Shown: piece by piece, positions 27,101 through 38,200 of the stretch
Numbering within the stretch: the stretch's first letter is position 1
How the letters are laid out: every line of letters starts with the position of its first letter
Program-made: the position numbers and the translations under genes
Notes under the pieces: model-generated
The model's input: the letters and a program-made list of their open reading frames with translations, nothing else
What the model was told of the DNA's origin: nothing
The model's database searches: none
Origin: Podarcis cretensis
Lineage: Eukaryota
Direction: 5' to 3'
Assembly: GCA_951804945.1 (NCBI GenBank)
Contig: OX638150.1
Span: 76,446,001-76,510,000 of the forward strand
Length of the DNA stretch: 64,000 bases

Positions 27101-30100
27101 GGATTCTCCCCACCAGCATACCACCACCTACAAGGTTTTAGATTAAAAACAGACAAATACTGCCTAGGAATAGATGTTTCTTACTCAATCCAAATGCAAA
27201 GAAAAAATGTACCGTATAGTTAAAAGGTCTTTTTAAAAATCAATGTAATTTAGTTCTTTCTTCAAGCAATTATAAAAAAACCTCATGGGTCAGAATTTCC
27301 CTTTTTTGTCATCACATCATATATCCATGGTGTATGAGACAACAGTGTTTGCTTTATATATGGTTAATCTACCATTGAGCAAACAATTCTCTCTCAAAAC
27401 TTTCCTAACTCACAGAGCTGTCATGAAGGACAAATAAGTCATGTTTAACCATAGTGTGTAATGGGTTTTGGTTTTTTGGTGTTGCAAAAAGCTATATAAA
27501 GCACCAAAAATCTGTCTACTGCAACTATGCTTTCTATCTTTTAAGATTTCACTGAACATCGCTCCCATTAAAGCATATCTCCACAGCTATTTTTTAATGA
27601 CATTACAATTTACAGGATGGTGAATACTGTACATCTCTTGATTGTACAGTATGATCATGTAAAACACATATTAGGCCCTGCTCCCACGAAGATAGAAATA
27701 AAACTGAATGGAAGCTAGTATGCAGGAATAATTTGTACCAACCTTTAGGAGATTGTTAATGGATGAATACACACACCATTTACCGGCCTTTCCCACAGAC
27801 CTGTACCCAATGAGGGCAAGGAAACATGAAGACATGACTACACTGTTGAAGGAACCTCACAGAAACAGAAAAACTTCTCTAGAAAAGGCGGCTGTTCTGC
27901 AGCTCAATTGGCAGCAAACAACAGCTTACACATCTCTACAGACAGGTAGGCTATGAATCTCTACAGACAGGTAGGCACACACCCCCTCTCCCAAAATTCA
28001 CGAGAGATTACATACTCTCATGAAGTGAGGAACAGGGTACTAGTCCAGCTCAGGTCAGGAAAACGGATTTAAGTCAGCTGCTTAAAGACAGGTTTCTGGC
28101 ATTTCACAATCTTCTACAAATGAGAAGGAATCCAGCTGAGGAGCGTTTTACTGTCACAAAACTACTTCTAGACTCCACTAAAATGTAACATATTGTATCC
28201 AACCAAGTCACCCCATTAATGGAAAAACTTCTGCCTACGCAAAGGAACTTCCTCTACACCCCTTGAGCCCCTTTACCCAAAATCTTGTTCTGGGGTCCTT
28301 CCAACCTTCTGGATCAACTGTGGAGAGGGGGACATGGGAAGACAGGAGGAGTCCTTCTTGGATGAATTTGCTGAGTACAACCCAGTGTGTTACATACAAG
28401 TATTACTTCTGTTCTAAAGGCGTGTATTGCACGTCTCCCTGTCCAATGGGAGAAGGACAATGTATTTCAAAAATTGGAACTAGGGAATTGTTCAAATGTT
28501 ACTTTATCTGTGAACCTTAATGCATAAAAAATGACAAGAAGGAGAGTAAGGCAACACTTGCACCAGAAAAGCCTATGTTTATCTGAATGCACTATCTCAT
28601 TGACCTTGAGGAATGAGTACACAAGCCTGAGATTTGCTCATGATTTAGCTGTGCACAGAGATTCAGAGAGTGACGTAGTGTCTGAACTGTCTCTGAGAGT
28701 AACACTATTTCTGAATAAATGCAGAGCGTCAAATTACAAGTCTAGAGAAAAATATTTTCTTTTAATAAGTTGCTGTTAAGTCCTTTGAAAAGGAACACTA
28801 TACAGTGAGTTGGGGTGGCTATCTGGTAGCTTACCGATCCTATCTGGCCATTGAACAACTTCATCTAGTCCTCTGCAGTGCTACTAAATTGCAATAGTGT
28901 TGAAAAACAACAACAAACTTAGATTTGAAGGGTTGAAATGGTTGTAAAAAAATGCAAGAGATCTAATCTACATATTAACACCATGGCTGTTGGGGTTTGT
29001 ATAAATATGCTGACAGACACCCAGACTTCTGGGATACCCATTGGAACAGCACAGCCCCAGAGACGACCACTCCCAAGAAAGATGAACAGATGCATAAGTA
29101 CTATGCAAAAATATGAATAATTATTCAGCATTGCTAGTAATAATAATTAAAGTGCTCCCTTGGTGGTCATATCTGGAGTCATCCAGTCAGCCAACAAATT
29201 TATTATTATTTTACAAAAGTCAACCAGACTCACCGTCTCCCTGACAAATTGTTCATAAAGCTCCTGAAGAAACAGTATGTTTAAACTGGCAAGCACTACC
29301 TTTTCACACTTGGAAGAAATCACTGGCATTTACACTTAATTCCTTAGATATTGGATTTCTCAGAGCCAACGCCCCATTTTATTAAATGGTCAAGAACGAA
29401 GCTTATGGTACCTTGCCGTAAAAGTCACTCATCTGGTATAATGGAATATGCTGGGTCCCGCCATACATCTCAATAACCTCTTCATCAGGCACTGGTTTCA
29501 GCCCTCTATAAGCAAGTTCAAAGAGTGAATGTCAACCTCAAGTGAGATAAATGCCAGAAAGGAGAAAAAGGACAGACTGGAATGAAAGTCTATTTCTATC
29601 ACAGCATGGGCCTTTCAGCTGCCCCAGAATCAAAGAAAGCAGAGATTAAACTTTTCACAGGTCATTTGTAAATTGGTAGCCAGCTGTGTTCACTTCACTG
29701 AGAATCATTTCTGATTGGTTATTCTGTGCAACGTTTTTTAAAAAGTTATATAATGGGTATGTACTTTGGAAGTGCAAATCAACCAACATAGCTCCTCTTG
29801 GTTTTATCACCATGTTAATAAAGGTTCACTGTATTTTTTTATGGGGAGTGTTAAATTTCAGGTGCTTCAGCATTGACCCAAGATCCTTCAATGATTCAAC
29901 TCACTGCATAAAACAGTAGTGTCTGAATATTATCAAGCATCTTTTGAAGTAGCTTCTGAATCATGCAGGACAGCTTCATGTAATGTATAGACAACAAACT
30001 AAATAATATTTCTCTGAAGGAAATTAAGGAAACAAAATATAATATGATACTGTGTAAAAAATAACAAATGAGACTTAGTTTTTTGAGAACAATCGGAAGT

Positions 30101-33100
30101 TTATTTTATCCTTCTTACTGTCATTTTTTATTTCCTTTTTATTTATTTTTTGTTGTATTTTTCTTTTTCTTGTGTAGTGTTAAACTGTAATATGCATAAA
30201 CTGTAATATGGCAAATTGTTGTGTAAATATGTGTTGAATGTTTAATAAAGATTTATAATTTTTTTAAAACAAAAAAACAAAAAAGTAGCTTCTGAATCAT
30301 GCAAGACAGCTTCATGTTTCATTGTTTTTCAGCTGGAATGCTTTTATTACAATTGTATCAAAAGTGACATTGAAAAGGACAAGGTATATGAAGCTAATAA
30401 AAGGAACCAGAGAATCTACACACACCAAAGTTATTAACAAAACAAAAGTTGACTAAACGAAGAACTGAGTCCAAACCCATGTGAGTCTATAGGATGCAAA
30501 AGGAATTTAAACTCTCCTCGGCTAAGCCAGTGTTCTTGGTATTGTATCTTAAGAAGTTATTCAGTTGGATTGGACAGTTATGTGGTTGAGACAGCTGGGC
30601 AAAGTAATGGGATACCATGACAGTTGCAAGAGAAAGGAGAATAAGTGTCAGTGGAGCCCGGGCACAACGACAATAATTGCTTCTCCAGGGGAGAATTTCC
30701 ACTAGACTCTGGTTCAAAGATGGCATAGCTGGTACCTGCTGCCTGTCCCCTATCTCTGCATTACTCGCAAAATTAAAACCTATTCAATCTAACTGGCAGA
30801 TATGCATGCACAACAGGACATCATTTTTGTGCATTTTGCAAAGCAATAACTACAATCAGTTACTTTTGATAAATAAATAAATGATTAAACTTTCACTTCG
30901 AACATCATGTTCTGAACTTTTGACTCCGCTCTTAATTGACTGCTACTGGGTTTTGTTTTTTTATGCTCAGAAAGGATCTTTCCACACAACTTCACTAATG
31001 AATGTGGCGGTTAAGCATATTTATCAGGGCAGGACGCCAGCTTCCTTTTTTAAACCGTTGATGCAACTTGTGCACATTTCAATTTCTTAGTGAGGGACAG
31101 TGAGATAGGGACTTCCGGGTTAGCGCGATCGGTTAATGGCGGATTCCCTCCGAGCTCCGGAGGGAATCGGCTCTGCTGAAGACGGGTCTTACCGCGCCGG
31201 CGATGCGGGGACCCTTAGAAACCACAGGCGCGGAAGCCTGCGGACTTGGTGACTCGGTGGGCACCTTTAAGCGCCCTCCCCGACCCACGAAGAGCCTTTT
31301 TAAAGGCTACGGAGAGGGTACGGAGAGTGGCGTGGTGCTGGGAGTAGACCGCTACTTCAGTGGAGCGAAGCCGCGAGCCATGGCCGGAGAGCGCTTACTT
31401 TTTCCCCAAAATTTGGACTGGAAAACAAACAACCCGTGAGTAAAATGGAATTTGGACTTTAAAAATTTTTTTTACCTTGGAATTTGGCACGACCGGGGGA
31501 TGCGCTAAAGGGAAGTCCGCACCCCCCCCTACCTACAAATGATTTAAAGCAAGAACCGGAGAACTAAGGTGGAAAGATTATTGTTTTTGTGGTGTTAGAT
31601 AAAGATATTTCCATGAATTTGACAGAAGAAGTTTTTGTGCGGGAGAGAAAGGGAGGACTCTTGGAAGTGTTTGGGTAAACCCCCCCCCAAACCCGGGAGC
31701 GTCCTGTGTGGGTGCCGGAGGAAAAGAATAAGGAGTTTGACAGCTGTCAAAGGAGCTGTCAAACGGGCGGTTAAAGTTAAGAACTTTGCTACTTAATAAC
31801 TCTCTGAACTAAAGGTGTTACATTTGAATAGAGGTGGTTGGAAACAAAGTAGTAATAAACAACAAAGTGACGGTTTGTTGGAAAAGGACTATTAAGCAAT
31901 TGGAACCCCCCTAGGGGGAACTAGAGACATTACAATGGCTGCAGAGGGAAAATTACTGGCAGAGATAGAAAAAATGTTTTTTCTCGTGGGAATTTTGCAA
32001 GAGCAGAGCACGGCTATGAATAAAGAACTTTTGACCTTGAATTCTAAAACAAACAACTCTGCTGAATGCATAAAGGATTCAACTGATAAAGAATCTGTGG
32101 CTGAACCAGAAATGACATCTTTGGAACCGATGGAGAGGAAAGAAGAAGTGGAGAAAGTACAGGCGGAAAATACCAACCAGAAATTTATATTGTCAGAAAA
32201 GAAAGAAGAAGATCTTCGGATTATAAATCTGCGAAAGATGAAGAAGGAAGTCCCTGGAGTACTTGGAACACTGGAATTTAAAAGAATAAAGAAACATGAT
32301 TGGGACTTCCTTTTTGAGTATGGGAGAACAGCTGACCTTTTGCAGCAACTGCTTCTAAATATTTCGGATGGAAGAAAATTTGTTGTGACTGTGACAGAAC
32401 TCCTTCGAGACCTGAGGACCAACAAAAAGGATTACCAACAAAATCGGCAGAGAGAGACTAACAGAGAGTTGAGGGCCTCGGATGTGAGGAGTCCGGGCTA
32501 GGAACTGTTTTTGTGGACATTTGCTTGGGAAGGGATGGAGACCGGGGAGAATTGAATTTCAAAATTTTATGATTTTTGTATTTGGCTATTGTGATCTATA
32601 ATTAGTATAAGAATGGGAGAAATTCATGGAAGGGAAGTTAGGTCGACCTTAGAAAAAGGATTTAATGTTTATAAGAGAATTGGATAAGTTAAATGTGGAC
32701 AACTAAAAAGAGCTAAGTTTTAAAAATAATAACAATATGTTTAAGATGATAGACAAGAACTTGCTGAACTAATTATTGGAATTGGGATGTATGAAGAGGA
32801 GGTGGGGGGAAGTCCGGGAAATAGGGTAAAGAAAGTAAGGGTATGAAAATGTATATGTGTTGTCTTTGTCTTTTTATGTGTGTGTGTCTTTATAAAATGT
32901 AAAAACCCAATAAAATTTTTTATAAAAAAAAAAAGAGGGACAGTGAGATAAAGAGAACATCCGACTTCAGTAAGTCTTGCCAGCGTGTTCCGCCTGCACT
33001 GACTTAAGTCACGGACCTGGAATTCAATTGTGTAAACAAGAGTTTAATCTCTGCCAATAAAATATAATTAGGTTTTCACTCCTACTACATGTGGCCATTA

Positions 33101-35188
33101 AAATGCTGCATCAAAGCAACAAGCTTTAATAAGAGCAAGCAAAAGGCAACAGATCCAGAAAGAGAATGTACATGTACAGAGTTTGCATTTTAATTTGCCT
33201 TATATTCGCATATATTTTAAAAGAGATGATATTCAACTCACTGATATGCAGTACCCAACTGAACATAGTGGAAAGCATCAATCTTCATCAGAAGGCTCTG
33301 AAATATAAGCAGACCTTTACTGAGAAGATCCTTTGTATATTTTACTCATTCTGCAGAACCTAACATTAGAAGAAGTAAGTCCTACCTAAACTGATCCTTC
33401 TATTGTAATGCATTCTTAAATTCCACTCACAGATTGCTACTCATGCGTTAAGGTGCACTGGAGAGGGAGTGCTACTAAACCCCTCTGTCCCTGCAGAACA
33501 CAACCACCACCACACCAAGCACATATGGCAAGATATATAGCAAGAGCCTTCTACTGGTTAGCATTGGGCATGGAGGGAAGGGGAAAGAGGGTGAATTTGG
33601 AGGTGTTGTAGAAGTTATTCAGAAGAATCCTACAGTTGCTTGGTGACAACCCTGGTCCTGATGGTATAATGTAACATTTGCAAAAGAGACAGCGCAAGTA
33701 AACACACTTTCAACAGAGTGTCTTGATTGGCAGCCTAGCTGTGCTCCGCCTCCAAAGTCACAACAGCCAACAGGATTCCAACTAATTCAAGGACCAATCT
33801 GAGCCCCAGCCAGGGAACAAAGAGACAGCTCACATAAGACACGCAGCATGAAGCCACACTGGACTCATGGCTAGAGAGCAAAGAGCACACATATGGGAAT
33901 TTGGTTATGGAGAACTTGGCATACCCAGCAGCTTAAGGGCAGGGAGGAGACAGGTAGGTGAGGATCATTTGTCTTCTCATCCCCCTTAAGGAGGAACTTT
34001 GCTTCAGAATTACACACAGCCACCGGGAACTTTAATTCCACTTCTGCAATTATGAGTGAAAGGGCAAGGCAGTCCACACATGTAAGCAAGGGAAGGGGAA
34101 ACCGAGGGGGAAACCATGTCTCAAAGCATAACTCTAAAGGCACCATCCATTCCTCCCCACTGATCACAACATGAAAATAAATGGGCATGCAGAACATTCA
34201 AAACACTTACGTGCTTCAGGTTCCCCCACAAGTTTGAACAGTGTACTTGCTAAATAAACTTTTCGTACTCAGCAGGTTGGCACATAACTGCATGTTAGCT
34301 AAGAGGGCTCCTGTTTGCAACAACTCCCTCAATACTCAAACATATACTATGCAATTATCAGCGAAGGACACTGGGAGCACAGGGATCTCTGTTGGTGAAC
34401 TCTGGGCACTTTATTCTGTCTTTTCTCACTGAGGACCAGACATGCATGACTTATTTTTCCTTGCTGGATGGAGGGGGAGGAGGAGGAGAGAATGTGATAT
34501 AAGCAGAAAAAGTGTTCTATGGCAATTCCTTACAATACTGAACTTCAAGTTTTTAAAAAAGAAGTATGTTCAGTGTTAAATCTCTCACCTTGGTAGTTTG
34601 GAAGCTATAAAATACTTTCCAAATCCTTTTTTAAAAGTCATCTTCTCTAGCCCCAAGACTCCTCAGCTGAGGGTGATTGATAGTTCTGTGCAAATATCAT
34701 ATGGGTTTCATATATTATTGTGTTCTATGTATTTGACAAGCTAGCTGTCTGGCCCCAGTCCAATGCTTGTTAAGTTGAAACTAATGCCTTGTATGCAGAA
34801 GCCAAAAGGATGAGGGAAGGAAATTACACCTGAATAATCCTGGCCCCATAGGAACACCATACAGTTATATTAACCAGGCTTTTATGATATGTTTATTTTT
34901 TAATCTTGCTGTCCCATTAAGAACACAGTTGAGCACAGCACACATATATCACTTGTTTAGGGTGCATATGAGGAACTTCCATGGGAAACTAGAACAGCAC
35001 TGTAGAATTGTAGGAGCAATTGTAAATTTGCTTGCTATATAATGGGGCTGCCCTGTTTATCTTGTTTTCATCTATGCAGACACTCATGCTTCACATTCCA
35101 CTGGATTAAAGACTAAAACTCCCAACCTCATAAAATTGCCCAAGTTTCTCTTCTGTTATGTATGTGTGGAAAGACACCCTCCCCCTTT

Positions 35189-35229
<41 letters not shown>

Positions 35230-38200
35230 TTATATATGCCAAGTGCATGAAGCACTAATGTGCGCAAGTTAAATGCACACAAGTTGCAAATTACCTGTAG
35301 CTACAAGACAAAGTCTGAGGAGCCTTGATAGCTCAGTTGGTTAGAGTGTGGTGCTAACACACCAAGGTTGCAGGATTAATCCCCTTATGGGACAGCTGCA
35401 TATCCCTGCATGTCAGGGGGTTTGGACTAGATGATCCTCAGGGTCCCTCCCATCTTTACAATTACCGTATATGATTTCTAGCATCACTACAACATAATAC
35501 AGTAGTGTCTTATATACTATTAGCAGTGTTGCACAGCAAACAAAACAAATCCCTTAATCTTCCTCATGTATTTTGCTGACAAAGATGTGAAAGAGCCTGT
35601 ACCAACACCCAGCTTCACCTCCTTGACAATGAAGTGCACTCTGGCAATGCTCCCAAGTCAATGTGTGATTGGTCAAGTCACCCAAAGGGCTGCCTGCCCA
35701 AACACTCAAAGTCATTGTTAATTACACTTCTTATTCTAAGGGTAGCCATGATTATTCAGCAGTCATTAGCTCACCATGCACACAGATATTTCCAGTGGGT
35801 ATACAACTCACAAGCTCCCTTGTTCGTCTCTATGAATATAGCAAGCTAACACATGAACAAAGACTGAAGTTGTATATCTTACCTTGTGGACATCATAGTG
35901 AAGCCCTCTTATGGCAAATCCAGGAATGTATTCATATTTTCTGAGTCCTTCTGGGTACTACAAAATATTCCACTAGAAAGCATTAGTATGTTTTGTCTCA
36001 CAGGGGTGTGTACTACATTATATTCAGGGTTTTTTTTTTGTTTATCCAAAGACCAGTAGAAACCCAGAAGACCCAGAATGTTGGACTACAACATGGGCTA
36101 AGGTTCAAATTCAAGCTCAGTTACAAAACTCAAAGGATGATCTTGAAACAGTTATTGCCACTCATTCTGCATCACTCACAGCATTGTTGTGATGATAATA
36201 TGAAAATTGGGGAAACTATGTACATCATTTTTAGCACCTTGCAGAAAGGTAGGATGCAAATAACACAATTAAAATTAAAATAAAACAGGAGACAATGGCT
36301 CTGTTTGAATAAAATATTAACACATGGTTAAATTAGCATTACAAAAATTATTCTCAATGAGCCTGGACTTGTGCACTCTGCCCTCTAGTGTGACTGTGTG
36401 GACGACTTTGGAAGTTTCTGCTTTAGATTACCCAGAGTTTAATGTGCCAACCAAACACTATACTGTGGTTTAACCTAACTACAGTTAGCTGAAATAAGAG
36501 AGATTATTATTTATTATACCGTCCTTCACCCGAGGATCAGAGGGAGGTTTACTATCTGAAAACACAAAAATACATAACAAAAACAAAACCCCTTACAGTT
36601 TAAAAGTCCACAGATTGTTCGATTAGCCAAAGACTAATTAACATAATGCAGGTGCCAGGCAAGCCTCCCTGGGGAGAGCCTCCACAAACTATGGTTTGGA
36701 GTTGGCTTTAACTAACCGTAGTAAGATTAATTACAGTGTGTCTGGATTCAGATGCCATGGCAAGTGGCAATTAATTTAAAATGGAAGTGAAAGCTTTTAA
36801 ACACCTAGTTGTGACTGTAGGGTGGGGGAGCTTAGCCTTATGTGAATAAACCTTGAGTATGTATAGACCTTTGACACCTGAGATCTATATTATCAGGATC
36901 AACTCTATTTTTTGTGACTGCATGTTCTGTAATTGTTAAGCTTTAAAAACTGTTTTTAATGTCATACTTTTTAATTATAGCAACATGATTTGGGCCAAAG
37001 GGTGGGCAATAAATTAAAATCATAATCCATTTTTGGGAATGGCTACAAGGGGAAGAGTGGAAGCATTTATTTACATGTTCAGCTAACTACATTTGCTCCT
37101 ATGAATTAATCTGGATCAACTGTGGTTAGGGTTAACAAACAATCTTCAAACCATGGTTAATAATCCTTAATCATAGTCAACACTAGCTGCAGTTTGTTCA
37201 AGTGTGGTCAAAACAAACACTAGTTAGTTTTTAAAAAAACCAGCAAATGTTTCCAGTCTCCTTTTGGCTGTGTCAGAGGACATGGGGGGGGGTCGGTGCA
37301 GGGACTCAAGGCTTGCAAATATAATAGTTAACACATGTTTATTATTATTTGTGAACTAGGCTATTATCATACAAAAGGTGTGGAAGGATCTTTTCTTGCT
37401 ATTTATTTTATAAGCCCCAAGCAAATAAGTAGAGAATTATGTACATGCTGGTCTAAGGATCGTTTCCATACTGTCCCGTCATGCCCTGCTACAAATCAAG
37501 TGGATAAAATCAGCATTTGGTAGTTAGGCAATAAACAGCAAGATTAAGGTACGTTACCTTAAACTGTTCAATCAAGATGTCTCTGGCAGTGTTGAATATC
37601 ATAGAATGTAACAAATTTGAATATTGTGCTAATGTGTAATCATAATCAAAGCCATAGATCTCCACATCTCCCAGACTGATCTCATTATTTGCATAAATAG
37701 CCGCTGGGTTAAGAAGACTGCAGACCCCTGGTGGGAGGAGATCTGGAATAAAATAAAGAAGGGAAAAAGCAAGAAAAAATAGCCTTTAAGCTTTTGATCT
37801 GAATACCATGTGGAGTGAGGATGCTGCCCTGAACTATGAAGTACCTGCCACTTCAGTTTTCAGAGATGCTCCTGTATGTTTATATTCAGAATTGTGTTCT
37901 TCTCTTTTCTGAGATAGTGTTAGCACCTCTTTGGCATCACAGTAGAGCTTAACCTGGGAAATTAAGAATTACTGATGTTGTCGTTTAGTCGTTTAGTCAC
38001 GTCCGACTCTTCGTGACCCCATGGACCAGAGCACACCAGGTACTCCTGTCTTCCACTGCCTCCCGTTCATTGTTCCCAGGGACAATAGGAGGCTCCACAG
38101 ACAAATGTTTGAACCAGCCCCAAGTTAGAAAAACTCACAACACTTGGGAGTTGGAAATGTAATGCATAGTTGAAAGATGTTTAACACATTTGTTAGAGAT

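Noticed and set aside
27932-27976. Short direct duplications (also 41016-41052)
   Set aside because: Two-copy slippage repeats with no array structure; not CRISPR-like, and the sequence is eukaryotic.
28016-28113. Strong acceptor (ttctcatttgtag) and donor (gtatgt) pair in NT5DC2 intron 5
   Set aside because: Stops in all three frames; possibly a poison exon, but not included in the coding chain.
31892-32425. 177-aa antisense ORF in the retroposon
   Set aside because: Shadow of the sense ORF, with no independent support.
35320-35395. tRNA-Ile-like sequence
   Set aside because: Anticodon loop and T-arm are mutated and it runs into a CR1-like tail, so it is a SINE head rather than a tRNA gene.
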